Program-made: the position numbers and the translations under genes
Notes under the pieces: generated by a model
Database searches by the model: none
What the model saw: the letters and a program-made list of their open reading frames with translations, nothing else
Told to the model about the DNA's origin: nothing
In this document: positions 8,590 through 18,712 of the stretch, piece by piece
How positions within the stretch are numbered: position 1 is the stretch's first letter
Layout of the letters: the number at the start of each line of letters is the position of its first letter
Assembly: GCF_003231495.1 (NCBI RefSeq)
Contig: NZ_PQWO01000006.1
Coordinates: 150,001 to 182,000, forward strand
Length of the DNA: 32,000 nt
Direction: 5' to 3'
Source: Acaryochloris thomasi RCC1774
GTDB lineage: Bacteria; Cyanobacteriota; Cyanobacteriia; Thermosynechococcales; Thermosynechococcaceae

Positions 8590-9711
8590 TTATCTGATGG
8601 ATGTATAGAGTTCTAGAAGCGTTTGGGCCGTATTTTGTTTAGAAAATGTCTGGGTTTTGGAGAGCGGATCTGGAGAAGGGGACATTAGAGAGGTTGCGAT
8701 CGCATCCCTCAACCCAGCCCTTGGCTCATCGTTGAGCGGAAAATAGACACAATTCTCAGACCCCACTTCTCGAAAAATAGGAATATCAGAGCAAACAACC
8801 CTACACCCCCAAGACAAAGCCTCCACTAACGGCAGACAAAAGCCTTCGGTAGAAGAGGGAATGGCAAATAGACTGCACGCTTGATACAGCCAGCAAAGCT
8901 CTTCATCCGTTAAAGCAGAGAGAAATATAACTTTGTCCTGTAAAGCCAGTGATTGAATCAGATCGTGGAGCGCATCTGTCTCAGGACCAGCGCTACCCAC
9001 TAAGATAAGCTGCATATCCTCAGCGATGGCCTTCTTCTTTAAGAGATCAGCATAGGCTTGGATCAATAAATCAAGATTCTTATTCTTCCGATGCTGGGCC
9101 ACACAAAGGATAAAGTTTGAGACAGCGCCATCAGTCAGTTTTTGGGGCGCTTTGATTTTAATATCGCTAAAGTCTACGTAGTTGTAGACAACCGCTCTCT
9201 GCTGCGTAGGTCGCTCAGAGAAGAAAGCGTTGAGGGACTGCAGGGTCACCTGAGACACGCAGGCAAGTCCATCACTGCCTTGGACACACTGCTTTAAGAA
9301 CCCGCGATTAAACCACACCTGCGGGTAGCCAAAGTTCTCTGGACATTCATAGGGGTAGAGATCATGGATGCTGGAGACAATCGGCACCTCAAACCACTGG
9401 CGAATGAAGGGGAACGGAAAAGATAAATGGAGAAGGTCGGGCTTGATCTGGCGAACAAGCTTAGGTAGACCGAAGACAAACCATCGATTTCGGGAGAGAG
9501 ACGTATTGTTGATATCAACGGTCACCAGGCTAATTTTAGGGGACTGAAGATTAAAAGACGCCTCAAAATAATCCTGCTGCCATGCCCCAATAAGCACGGT
9601 CACCTGGCTGACCTGCTCAGTATCAGCTAAGCATTGAGCTAAGTTCGCTGCGTGTCGGCAAACGCCTGTGGGCTTGACCGGTCGGTGGAGGGCCGGAATG
9701 AGGACATGCAT
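8590..9711 (-). CDS. Glycosyltransferase, GT-B fold, family 4-like
   Basis: 373 aa. The C-terminal E-x7-E region is ...FAIPSSTEGFCLPLVEALSWGCRVVCSDIPIFREVG..., typical of the Glycos_transf_1 domain. Confidence 0.8.
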   Translation of the reverse strand: MHVLIPALHRPVKPTGVCRHAANLAQCLADTEQVSQVTVLIGAWQQDYFEASFNLQSPKISLVTVDINNTSLSRNRWFVFGLPKLVRQIKPDLLHLSFPFPFIRQWFEVPIVSSIHDLYPYECPENFGYPQVWFNRGFLKQCVQGSDGLACVSQVTLQSLNAFFSERPTQQRAVVYNYVDFSDIKIKAPQKLTDGAVSNFILCVAQHRKNKNLDLLIQAYADLLKKKAIAEDMQLILVGSAGPETDALHDLIQSLALQDKVIFLSALTDEELCWLYQACSLFAIPSSTEGFCLPLVEALSWGCRVVCSDIPIFREVGSENCVYFPLNDEPRAGLRDAIATSLMSPSPDPLSKTQTFSKQNTAQTLLELYTSIR

Positions 9712-9780
9712 CTTTAATCTGACCTCGCTTCTGTCAGTAAAAGACCGCCGCCATCAGGCACTGAAGTCATATTCGCTAGC

Positions 9781-11025
9781 CTATGCAATGACGGGCGCTG
9801 CCTCATCTACTGTTGTTTGATAGAGGTCACCTAAACGCTTACCCACAACGTTCCAGCTAAAGTTCTCCTGGACAAGCTGGCGGCCTGCCATTCCCATCTG
9901 CACCCGCAGCTCGGCATCTTGAGCTAACTTTTGCATTGCTACGGCCATATCCTGAATCACCTGCTCCGGCGCGTGACCGGGGACTTTAATGCCCGTCTGA
10001 TCGGTCACCTGAATGGCAGGACCGCCGAGGTCGAGGCAAATCACCGGACGACCAGAGGCCATCGCTTCAATGCATACCCACCCGCCTGAATCGTGCAGGC
10101 TGGGGTGAACGAGAACGTGGCTTTCCCCTAGGCGTTCTAGGGTATCTTCACGGGACAAACGCCCCCAAAATTTGACTCGATCGCCAACGCCACAGTCCTC
10201 GGCAAGGCGCTGTAGATTCTCTAATTCTGGTCCTTCTCCCGCTAACCAGTACTCTGCCTCTGGCAGATTGGCAGCGGCAAAAGCCTGGATCCCCAGGTGG
10301 AAGCCTTTCCAGTGAAGTAGGCGGCCCATGCTGATAAACCGAACCGGCTCCGAGGCCGGCAGAGGATAGGCGTTGAGGACCGCAATCTCTTCGTCTAGCA
10401 AACCCACCTCAGGTACGATCTGCACTTGAGAAGCGCCCATTCGATACAGCCGCTTGGCGGTATCATCGGTCGTCGCTCGTACGACAGCCGTATTGCGAAT
10501 GGTGAGACCGACTAGCGGGTCTCGCTGACCGATATTGCGGACGAGATCTCTGGCTAGTTCATAGAAGCGCGCCCGGAAACTAAAGTCTTTCCAGAACTTT
10601 GGCGGAGCAGATTCGCCACCGCCGACGGGCCCCCAAATGAAGGGCACGGGTAAAAAGGCAACGGGGCTGGGAGCCGAGTATTTGACGAAGGTAACGTGGT
10701 GGATCACGTCCAGCCCGATTTCTTCGTGCAGGCGTCGAGCCACAAAGTAAGCCTGAATTTGCCACAGATAGTAGTGAACCTGCATGGCTCCAGACTGCCC
10801 CCACCGCATACTGTCTTTCCAGAAGGGCAGGGTGAAGTAAACAAATTTGAGATTGGGATTGGGATGGGCCGCTAGCTCCGCTTCGATGGCCTCTTTGCTT
10901 TCATCGGGTCGGGTTAACACCCAAACCTGGTGGTGTTTTGCAATTTCGCAGGCGACATTCCAGCCGACCCCTCGCTCTGATCCTCTGCCAGGTTCACAGG
11001 AATAGGCAGATATGAGTACTTTCAT
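9781..11025 (-). CDS. Glycosyltransferase, GT-B fold, family 4-like
   Basis: The likely start is ATG 11025 (MKVLISAYSCEPGRGSERGVGWNV...), not 11079, which would overlap the upstream gene by 23 nt. The C-terminal motif is ...VLVHPSLHDSGGWVCIEAMASGRPVICLDLGGP... Confidence 0.8.
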   Translation of the reverse strand: MKVLISAYSCEPGRGSERGVGWNVACEIAKHHQVWVLTRPDESKEAIEAELAAHPNPNLKFVYFTLPFWKDSMRWGQSGAMQVHYYLWQIQAYFVARRLHEEIGLDVIHHVTFVKYSAPSPVAFLPVPFIWGPVGGGESAPPKFWKDFSFRARFYELARDLVRNIGQRDPLVGLTIRNTAVVRATTDDTAKRLYRMGASQVQIVPEVGLLDEEIAVLNAYPLPASEPVRFISMGRLLHWKGFHLGIQAFAAANLPEAEYWLAGEGPELENLQRLAEDCGVGDRVKFWGRLSREDTLERLGESHVLVHPSLHDSGGWVCIEAMASGRPVICLDLGGPAIQVTDQTGIKVPGHAPEQVIQDMAVAMQKLAQDAELRVQMGMAGRQLVQENFSWNVVGKRLGDLYQTTVDEAAPVIA

Positions 11026-11056
11026 TATGCGTTTGCCTCGTCTCAGATCAGGAGCG

Positions 11057-12322
11057 TTAAGAAGTTTTGACTGGAACACGGTCCACAGATGTTGATGGCG
11101 AAGCCGTTCCCTGTGTGGAAGGATTACCGCTGGCTTTGATGCGCTCGATCACCTTCAAGAAGGCATTGACTTCGCAGTACAGGTTCTGCTCACTGAAGAC
11201 CTCTGTGGATCGCTCGCTATACCGTTGACGGACTTCCGTGTCGGCCATTTCCAAAATAGCCTCGGTTAAGGCTGCAGGCTTACCGCAGGGATAGACGAGG
11301 CCGTTATAGCGATGACGGACGGTGTCGTTGTAGCCCCAGTTGCCGCAGTGATCGCTGAGGATCGGAGGGGTTCCAGAGGCCATGGCTTCGGAGACCACGA
11401 GGGGATGGGGATCAATCCAGGATGTGACGACAAAGGTATCTAAGGCTGCAAAGTAGAGGGGAATCTTCGCCTGGTTGACGAAGCCGTAGTTGATGACTTC
11501 GCCGTCGAGTTCTGCAAGGCGTTTGTCAATGGCTGGCTCTAGATCACCACCGCCAAATAGAACGCCCCGGATTCTAGAATCTTGTTGATGGGCAGATGCG
11601 ATCGCATCTATAAACTCGAACGGATTTTTACGTTCAATATACTTACCCATGAAGCCATAGAGGATCGTATTTTCATCCCAGGCTAGCTCTCGGCGAATGC
11701 GCTGCAGCTCATCGGGCTGAGCCGCGATGGTTTGCTCAAAGCGATCGCCGTCGATGGGGTGGCAGCCGCGCACAATTTTGGCATCGTCAACGCCATAGTG
11801 CCGTAGGTGAATCTCGTTGTGATCGCCGCAGGAGAGCCAGTAGTCGGCCAGATTATTCATCCAGGGATAAAGGACCGACATCACAATTAATCGCTGCCGA
11901 CTGTAGCGAGCATCGGACATCATGCTGGCGTCGTTTTGCATAATCAACGGCACCCCGCGCAGCTTGCATAGAAATGCGGTGAGCCGATAGGAATAATTGA
12001 CGAAGCTCTGCATAAACACGGCATCGCATCGCTCAGGGTGAATGTAATCAAGGAGCCCTGGACTAATAACAGTGCTCTTACGCTGCGTCGGCACCTTACC
12101 CGAGAGATCTTTAAGATACTCGTGGTCGTAGCCGCTGGTGAGGTCAACATCCCAGGGTTGAGCGGCCTCCCCTAAAAAGCTGTCACCACTTTGTTGATTC
12201 TCGTCCGACAGGTAAAGAACCTTCAGCTCAAGGTCAGGATTTTCGCTCAGCTTACGCCAGAGAGGGCCATGATGCTGAGTAGGATGCGTAAACACAACGC
12301 ATAGACGAAATTTCTCGCTCAT
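11057..12322 (-). CDS. Putative glycosyltransferase (GT-B, Glycos_transf_1-like C-terminal half)
   Basis: 421 aa. ...FVVTSWIDPHPLVVSEAMASGTPPILSDHCGNWG... resembles the nucleotide-sugar-binding half of GT4 enzymes. The N-terminal half is not recognisable. Confidence 0.6.
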   Translation of the reverse strand: MSEKFRLCVVFTHPTQHHGPLWRKLSENPDLELKVLYLSDENQQSGDSFLGEAAQPWDVDLTSGYDHEYLKDLSGKVPTQRKSTVISPGLLDYIHPERCDAVFMQSFVNYSYRLTAFLCKLRGVPLIMQNDASMMSDARYSRQRLIVMSVLYPWMNNLADYWLSCGDHNEIHLRHYGVDDAKIVRGCHPIDGDRFEQTIAAQPDELQRIRRELAWDENTILYGFMGKYIERKNPFEFIDAIASAHQQDSRIRGVLFGGGDLEPAIDKRLAELDGEVINYGFVNQAKIPLYFAALDTFVVTSWIDPHPLVVSEAMASGTPPILSDHCGNWGYNDTVRHRYNGLVYPCGKPAALTEAILEMADTEVRQRYSERSTEVFSEQNLYCEVNAFLKVIERIKASGNPSTQGTASPSTSVDRVPVKTS

Positions 12323-12480
12323 GATTGACCCTTGATCATAAAATTTAGAACTTAAGAAATGAAATATAAAAGTCGAAAGAAGGCTATCGGCTTACTTTTG
12401 TTAATAAATAGCATTCTAGGAGTTGAGTCGCTCGAAACTGGGCTGAAGCTCGGCACTATATTGAGCTATTTAAGATGAAA

Positions 12481-13371
12481 TTACCAATTCGAGTTCTCTT
12501 CATAGTCTAATTTAACCAGGAGGTCTCCAGCAACCTTTTTGAATTCAACTTTATGCTCCTCCTTGAACAGATTCTGCCAGCCGCCGATGCTGCCTTTCCC
12601 CCCTTTCTTAAAGGTGTGGGATTCAGAGGGGTTGAGTGTATAGGAAGCAAATTTTTCCGTCACCTGATCTGCAGGCATAGAAATAGAGAGGTGATCTAGA
12701 ATTTGCTGCACAATATCAATCCGTTTAGCTTCTGAGCCACCGCCCCGTTCACCCACGAGATCTTCAAATTTAACCGCAAGCGTTCCGGAGTCTTCGACCC
12801 AACCATTCCAGCGGAGAAAATCTGAGCCGATATCAGGCTGAGATACGTTGGAGCCAAAGGGACTGCCAACAGGTACGCCTTTAATGGAGCTCATGAGCTG
12901 CTCATCAAAACTAGCCTGCTCAAGATAGAGATCGTGCAAAAAGATCCGCTCTTCTTTGGTCACCCAACGCGCATGGGAAACGGCAACATCTCTCAGGTCT
13001 CGATAGATAAATAGCGGCTTGCAGTTAAATTCCTTGAGAATCTCGACAATTTCGTCGCAGTACATCAGGTGGCTTCTCACAATGGAGAGATCGGGGGCTG
13101 AGCCAACTTTCCAGCGAATGTGATCGGCTGTGTTCATGACGCCACAAAGCGCCTGCACGGATACGATGTCGTCCCACTTTTGTAAGCCCGGTATGGAGTA
13201 GAGAATTTGGTAGAGTAAATGTGTTCCACTCTTGGGATAGGAGTTGCAGAGAATTAAAGACTTGGGAGGACTGCCTTTAAGCTGGTTGAAGAGCCTATCT
13301 TTCCAGTATCGAGTTGCAAAAACAAAGTCTCTACCGTGTAGTCGAGAAATATCTTTTAACTGATAACTCAT
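12481..13371 (-). CDS. Sulfotransferase, cytosolic-SULT/NodH-like type (PAPS-dependent)
   Basis: 296 aa. It has a 5'-PSB loop CNSYPKSGTHLL, a 3'-PB motif FIYRDLRDVAVSH, and a C-terminal FKKGGKGSIGGWQNLF resembling the SULT 'RKG-x-x-GDWKN-x-F' motif. Confidence 0.75.
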   Translation of the reverse strand: MSYQLKDISRLHGRDFVFATRYWKDRLFNQLKGSPPKSLILCNSYPKSGTHLLYQILYSIPGLQKWDDIVSVQALCGVMNTADHIRWKVGSAPDLSIVRSHLMYCDEIVEILKEFNCKPLFIYRDLRDVAVSHARWVTKEERIFLHDLYLEQASFDEQLMSSIKGVPVGSPFGSNVSQPDIGSDFLRWNGWVEDSGTLAVKFEDLVGERGGGSEAKRIDIVQQILDHLSISMPADQVTEKFASYTLNPSESHTFKKGGKGSIGGWQNLFKEEHKVEFKKVAGDLLVKLDYEENSNW

Positions 13372-13439
13372 AAACTTATCTTTTTAAAATATAGAAGTAT
13401 TAATATCCATCGGTTCTCCCGCCAATGGCTCCCCTTTTT

Positions 13440-14570
13440 CTATCGCAAAACTTGTTCATAGATATTAGCCACCTGCTCGGCGGTTTTCTCCCAGGTAAAC
13501 TGCTTAACGCGTTTCAACCCCCGCTCAATGAGGACTTTTCGATGCGCGGAATTATCGGAGAGGTCTTGAATTGCAGTTGCGATCGCATCTACATCCATCG
13601 GATCGATCAAAACCCCTGCGTCACCGACTACCTCCGGCATTGCGGTTACATTGGCTGCCACCACAGCCGTTCCGCAGGCCATTGCCTCTAGCAATGTCAG
13701 GCCAAAGCCCTCGTAAAGGGAAGGAGCCACCAGTATATCTGCCGCATTATAAATCTGCACTAACTTGTCCTCGTCTGGCTGTCCTAGATAGGTCGTTAAG
13801 TCTTCTAATTGATGCCTCTTAATATATGTCTGCTGTTCTAGATCGAAATCTGCGCCCACTTTCCAAAAGTGAGCAGAGAGACCCTGATCTTTTAGGGATG
13901 CTAAAACCTTTAATATTGTCAGGACATTCTTGCGGGCATTGTTAGAGCCGACATTGAGTAAACATAGGGTTCCCCGATCAAGACCCATTTGCTCTCGAAA
14001 TGAGTCCGTTTGATCGGTGGATAGGAGACGAAAGGTAGGATCGACGGCGTTGGGGACCACCGTGATTTTTTGAGATGCGATCGCAAGGTGTTCAACCGTA
14101 TCTTTTTTCGTATGTGCAGAAACCGCAATCACATGATCTGCAGTCTGCATCCCCTGAACGGCAAACTTCCAAGCCGATAAGCTGATCACAGGAAAGCGAG
14201 CTCTCCCCTTAAAACTCTCAGGCTGAGTTAGATTAATCAAATCATGACAGGTCACGACATTCTTCTTTTTGTAAAAATTCAGCCAGTAGCCTAGATAGCC
14301 ATCACTATGGTCGATAACGTGAAAAATATCAGCATCTAACCGCTGAAGCGAACGCGGATAGCGCCAGTATCGCTCATAGTACTTTCTCCCCCCAGCCAAC
14401 AAATTGGACTGTCTAGAGCTAGCCTTGCCTAGAACTGGCGATTGTTCCATAATCTCCCAGTCAGGTCGAACAGCTTTCAAGCCTTTGACCAAGCTATCGG
14501 CATAGACATCCATGCTGAAAGACGCTCTCGGCGCTCTCCGTAAAATTGCAACACGCATAGGCCCCATCAT
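13440..14570 (-). CDS. Glycosyltransferase, GT-B fold, family 4-like
   Basis: 376 aa (alternative starts at 14567 and 14558). Motif ...LVAPSLYEGFGLTLLEAMACGTAVVAANVTAMPEVVGDAG... Confidence 0.8.
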   Translation of the reverse strand: MMGPMRVAILRRAPRASFSMDVYADSLVKGLKAVRPDWEIMEQSPVLGKASSRQSNLLAGGRKYYERYWRYPRSLQRLDADIFHVIDHSDGYLGYWLNFYKKKNVVTCHDLINLTQPESFKGRARFPVISLSAWKFAVQGMQTADHVIAVSAHTKKDTVEHLAIASQKITVVPNAVDPTFRLLSTDQTDSFREQMGLDRGTLCLLNVGSNNARKNVLTILKVLASLKDQGLSAHFWKVGADFDLEQQTYIKRHQLEDLTTYLGQPDEDKLVQIYNAADILVAPSLYEGFGLTLLEAMACGTAVVAANVTAMPEVVGDAGVLIDPMDVDAIATAIQDLSDNSAHRKVLIERGLKRVKQFTWEKTAEQVANIYEQVLR

Positions 14571-14583
14571 TGAACGTCCCTAT

Positions 14584-15645
14584 TTAGCTACTCACTAGCG
14601 TCCGTAGTCTGGTCAGCGTCTTATCCACGACTTTGGGGCGCAAATGAGGCGCATAGAGCCACGTCAGTCCCTGTTTAGCAAGAGGGACAGGCATTAAACT
14701 CACCCATGCAAATAAAACACTGTAGATAATTCTCTTCGGAAAGTTGTGGCTAGAAAACTGCCAGAGGGCCTGCAATCCCCATAGCATTAGCTGGAAAGCA
14801 CTATCTGACGGCACCGGATGCTCCTGAGGCTCCAGGCGTAGAGAGGCTAAGCGAGACCAAATCCGCCCCATTGAGCGTCGTTCCAAATCATCGGGCACCT
14901 CCAAATCTTTCTCTTTAGCCCTTTGCTGCAGGAGTTCAAAATTCTGGAGATCATGAGTGACAAATCGCCGAAATCGGCTGCCCGATACAGTCGTCAACGC
15001 CCACTGATTATCACTATGAACCCGATAAGCCCCCATCGGATCGTTAATACTCGCCAGCTTCCCTGCGTAAAAGGGCGTTGACATCATCAAATAATCATCG
15101 GCAGTTGTCCTATAGGCATCAGGAATCGGAAACACAGGTATGAGCGTTTTACGCCGATAGGCATTGCCACTCATCGGCGCACTGACATAGCTACTGGTTT
15201 CCAAAAGTTTGCGCCAGACCTCTCCAGAAGACAGCTCCATACCAGCAGATGGGATAGAGTAATCCAGCGATTGACTGCTGCCGTCAACGACCTGCAACCG
15301 AAAGTGAACCTTACCCACTCCAGATTCAAAAGCTTCAACAATCTGATTAACGGCGTCAGGCAGCAGATAGTCATCCGCATCTAAAAATAGAATAATGTCA
15401 CCTTTGCTAGCCGAGAACCCTGTATTAAGAGCCGCAGCCTGCTTTCCATTCGGCTGAAAGATCGCGTGGATGCGATCGCCATACTCTGCAATAACAGCAG
15501 CAGAATCATCCGTAGAGCCATCATCAACAACAATGACCTCTACATCCTGCCTATCCTGATTGAGGGCACTATCAATCGCCTGCCGCAGAAACTGTGCGTA
15601 GTTATAGTTATCAATAACAATGCTGATTAAAGGCTGATTATCCAT
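14584..15645 (-). CDS. Glycosyltransferase family 2 (GT-A fold)
   Basis: 353 aa. The N-terminal ISIVIDNYNYAQFLRQAIDSALNQDRQDVEVIVVDDGSTDDS and a later LFLDADD (D-x-D) are the classic GT2 signature. Confidence 0.85.
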   Translation of the reverse strand: MDNQPLISIVIDNYNYAQFLRQAIDSALNQDRQDVEVIVVDDGSTDDSAAVIAEYGDRIHAIFQPNGKQAAALNTGFSASKGDIILFLDADDYLLPDAVNQIVEAFESGVGKVHFRLQVVDGSSQSLDYSIPSAGMELSSGEVWRKLLETSSYVSAPMSGNAYRRKTLIPVFPIPDAYRTTADDYLMMSTPFYAGKLASINDPMGAYRVHSDNQWALTTVSGSRFRRFVTHDLQNFELLQQRAKEKDLEVPDDLERRSMGRIWSRLASLRLEPQEHPVPSDSAFQLMLWGLQALWQFSSHNFPKRIIYSVLFAWVSLMPVPLAKQGLTWLYAPHLRPKVVDKTLTRLRTLVSS

Positions 15646-15715
15646 AGAGAGCCAACTTCTACTGAGGGTGGTGTTTCGGAGAAACCCGTGCAGCGCAAGG
15701 ATCTGATGCTTTTAC

Positions 15716-16663
15716 TTAGCTAAAAAGAACTTCTGTTCCCGGTATATGGCCGAACAATTGAGTTGCATACTCCCTTACCCCATCTGTCTTAAACAGTTCC
15801 TGATATCGAGGATTGTCGGCGAAAAGCTTCCATCGGTTTAGAACATCCATTTTGTGAGCTTCGCCAGCATACTTATCCCCATCAAAAGAACTGCCGCGAC
15901 CAGAGACCGAAATATCATTTAAGCCATCGTCTGTAAACTTCACCTGAAGCTGAGCTGAGAGCTCCTTTCGATAGTCGATGTCAAAAAACCACTTATTGTA
16001 GTTAACGAATAACTTATTGTTTTTCAAAAAAGAGGTCTCATCTAAGCACTCTTTAGCATAAGAAACCCATAGCTCAGGCAGGCTGTAGCGGCGCGAGTAG
16101 ACTTCCAACATACTAAAGTTGGGTCGATCTTCACGAGGTTTAGACTGTAGCCGACTCGCGAACAAGTTAAAAGGGTCACGCATTACAATAATATCGAATC
16201 GCTTGTCACTCTTCCCTAGATACAGATCGTGCTTCCGCTCAAATGAAGCCTTTGTAACCTTTTCAATCTCTTGATCTTCATAACTATAGAGTAAGCAATC
16301 TTTGACAGAGAAATCACCTTCCTTTTCACTCTTCCACCAGTTAGGCTCCCTATAGTTCCATAGTGACTCATCAAGCTTACGCCCCAATATGACTTGGCTT
16401 TCATACTGATCGCGATAAGGATTTTCTAGTGGTTTAACATGATTGATGAACATTACCTCGCCCTGGACTTGCTTCGCGATCCAGTTGATAATGGCGTGAT
16501 TACCTGAGCGCCGTAATCCCAGGACTCTGATCTCTTTTCTGTTTACAACTGCATGGGGATCCGAGTTCTTTGATACAACCCGTGCATAATCTTCAAAGAC
16601 ATGCGATACCTTTTGATTGACTCGCTTAAGCAAGTAGCTGACTCTTTTTTTAGAGATCTCCAT
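15716..16663 (-). CDS. Hypothetical protein with degenerate sulfotransferase-like motifs (function uncertain)
   Basis: 315 aa, AT-rich coding. IRVLGLRRSGNHAIINWI resembles a strand plus P-loop (compare PKSGTT/RSGTT 5'-PSB). FDIIVMRDPFNLFASRL resembles the RDP-x-x-x-x-x-S 3'-PB motif. Motif spacing (~110 aa) is sulfotransferase-like. Confidence is ~0.8 that it is a real gene; the 0.35 below is for the family call. Confidence 0.35.
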   Translation of the reverse strand: MEISKKRVSYLLKRVNQKVSHVFEDYARVVSKNSDPHAVVNRKEIRVLGLRRSGNHAIINWIAKQVQGEVMFINHVKPLENPYRDQYESQVILGRKLDESLWNYREPNWWKSEKEGDFSVKDCLLYSYEDQEIEKVTKASFERKHDLYLGKSDKRFDIIVMRDPFNLFASRLQSKPREDRPNFSMLEVYSRRYSLPELWVSYAKECLDETSFLKNNKLFVNYNKWFFDIDYRKELSAQLQVKFTDDGLNDISVSGRGSSFDGDKYAGEAHKMDVLNRWKLFADNPRYQELFKTDGVREYATQLFGHIPGTEVLFS

Positions 16664-16766
16664 GACTTTGACTCATTAAGGTTGCACTATTTAGAACGCA
16701 AGCAGGGGGAATTTGCATTAACTATGCTTAGTCTGCACCCGTATGAACTGTAGATAAAGTGAATCT

Positions 16767-18623
16767 CTACGTGCGGACGTTTTCCACTACTTCCTTATAA
16801 TTCCCCGATTTCACAACTTCTCCAGCATCTAGCATATAAATCTTGTCACAATTTTTGATGGTTGTTAGTCGGTGTGCAATTGTAATCAGCGTGAGCCTGC
16901 TACTTGAAGATAAGGATGCAATAGAGTCCGTCACTAACTTTTCCGTTTCATTGTCCAATGCTGCCGTGGCTTCATCAAGTACCAAAATTTGCCGGTCATG
17001 ATAAATCGCTCTAGCGATACCAACACGCTGCCTCTGTCCACCCGACAACAAAATGCCTCGCTCGCCAACTAAGGTACTCAAGCCATTCGGTAAAGCATTG
17101 ATAACTTCGGTAAGCTGAGCAACTTCAATCGCTTCAGAAATTTTCTTGCGATCGATTAGATGCTCAGGAACGCCAAAAGCGATATTCTTCTCAATAGATT
17201 CATCTGTCAGAAATATGCTTTGTGGAATATAGGCAATTAAATCTTTCCAAGCACGAAGATTTTGATAGATAGAGTCATTGTCGACCATCAAATCTCCACT
17301 CTGGGGAATCAATAGGCCCAAGAGAATATCAACAAGTGTTGTTTTTCCTGCACCTGACTTACCTATAAAAGCGATTGAGTCTCCTTTGCTAATTGTCAGC
17401 GACAGATCAGAAATCACTGGCTTGTCAGAATTAGGATAATGATAGGTAATCCCTTCTAATCTAATCTGTTTGTCAAAACGGAAGGTATTTGAAACTCCTG
17501 CTTCCTGAATCGTATTTAAGCCAGCATTAAACTTGGTGTCAGGCATGGGCTTTCGCTCCAAAACAGATGCTTTTTGTTGCCTGTCAGCCTCTGTTCTGTA
17601 TCTAAGTGAATCCAACTCAGATAGTTCATAATGAATCTGATTGAGCGTAAAGCTAGATGCTCTGATCTGGGTAATACTGATAACAATATTGTTGATGGCT
17701 GGCAGTAGGCGTAATGCAGCTAGAGTGAAGATCCCTAGCACTGACGTAGTTTCGGCAATCCCCTCTTCATTAATCAGAACAGAAAAGCATATGATTGCCA
17801 CCACAATGATGACAAGGATGCTTTCCATAAAGAATCGCGGTAAAAGCTTGAAGGCAACAAAAGTACGCTGAACCTTCTCAAGCTTTTCAGCTTGATAGAT
17901 AATCTGATTTTCAAAATAGTTCTCACAGCCAATAACTTTCGTCTCCTTAACGCTGCCGAAAGCGTGGTTCACAATTTGAATAATATCTGCTTTGCTTTCG
18001 CGCATCTGCCTTCCCCATCCTCTAACTTTAGATGCGAGGGAGTTGAAGAACAGTAAGATTGGTAAAAGAGTCGCTAGTAGCGCAATTACCATCGGCAAAC
18101 TTGTAAAACAAAGTAAGCAGAATAAAGCAATGAACAAGAACGTATTTGCCAATGCAATAAGCAAAGGCATAAAAACTAGCGTTGAAAATGTATTCGCAAT
18201 CTCAATGAGCCTATCTATAATTGCTGAAGTATTTTTACTGATGTGGTAGATATAGGGAGCTTCAAGATAACCACGAGCCATTTTAATAATCAGAGCTCTT
18301 TGCTGCTGGTTACTAAACCTCGCGATGAATATTTGGGTGCCCCCAACAATTAAAGTTCTTAATAAGAAAATAAGCACAGCCATTAGCCCAACTAGAGCTA
18401 CAAAGTGACTTTCTTGAGCAATCCCAAGTGAGTCGCGTAACTGACTAAGCAAAGGCGTACGCTCGATCATGTCAAAGTCACTTGCCAAAGCAATGAATGG
18501 GCCTAGGATACCTATTCCTAAAGCTTCGACACCTGACGTTAATATAAAGACAAAGGCAGCCAACAAGAGATGAAAGTTGCTTGCTGGCAAGACGTACAAA
18601 ATTTTCTTGAGGTACCCTAGCAT
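16767..18623 (-). CDS. Fused ABC exporter (N-terminal 6-TM permease plus C-terminal ATPase; MsbA/PglK/McyH-like type I exporter)
   Basis: 618 aa with multiple N-terminal hydrophobic helices. The NBD has Walker A GKSGAGKTTL, signature LSGGQRQRVGIARA and Walker B ILVLDEATAALD. Confidence 0.9.
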   Translation of the reverse strand: MLGYLKKILYVLPASNFHLLLAAFVFILTSGVEALGIGILGPFIALASDFDMIERTPLLSQLRDSLGIAQESHFVALVGLMAVLIFLLRTLIVGGTQIFIARFSNQQQRALIIKMARGYLEAPYIYHISKNTSAIIDRLIEIANTFSTLVFMPLLIALANTFLFIALFCLLCFTSLPMVIALLATLLPILLFFNSLASKVRGWGRQMRESKADIIQIVNHAFGSVKETKVIGCENYFENQIIYQAEKLEKVQRTFVAFKLLPRFFMESILVIIVVAIICFSVLINEEGIAETTSVLGIFTLAALRLLPAINNIVISITQIRASSFTLNQIHYELSELDSLRYRTEADRQQKASVLERKPMPDTKFNAGLNTIQEAGVSNTFRFDKQIRLEGITYHYPNSDKPVISDLSLTISKGDSIAFIGKSGAGKTTLVDILLGLLIPQSGDLMVDNDSIYQNLRAWKDLIAYIPQSIFLTDESIEKNIAFGVPEHLIDRKKISEAIEVAQLTEVINALPNGLSTLVGERGILLSGGQRQRVGIARAIYHDRQILVLDEATAALDNETEKLVTDSIASLSSSSRLTLITIAHRLTTIKNCDKIYMLDAGEVVKSGNYKEVVENVRT

Positions 18624-18712
18624 ATGTTTGTGAGTATCAATAAATAATTTGAGTTAACAGATTTTCAGTACTTACTTCAATAGATCAATTACATTCTCCC
18701 CAATCCAGGACT

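Noticed and set aside
11026-11079. Longer start (ATG 11079) for the GT4 gene, overlapping the upstream GT gene by 23 nt
   Set aside because: ATG 11025 yields the canonical GT4 N-terminus MKVLISAY... and avoids the overlap.
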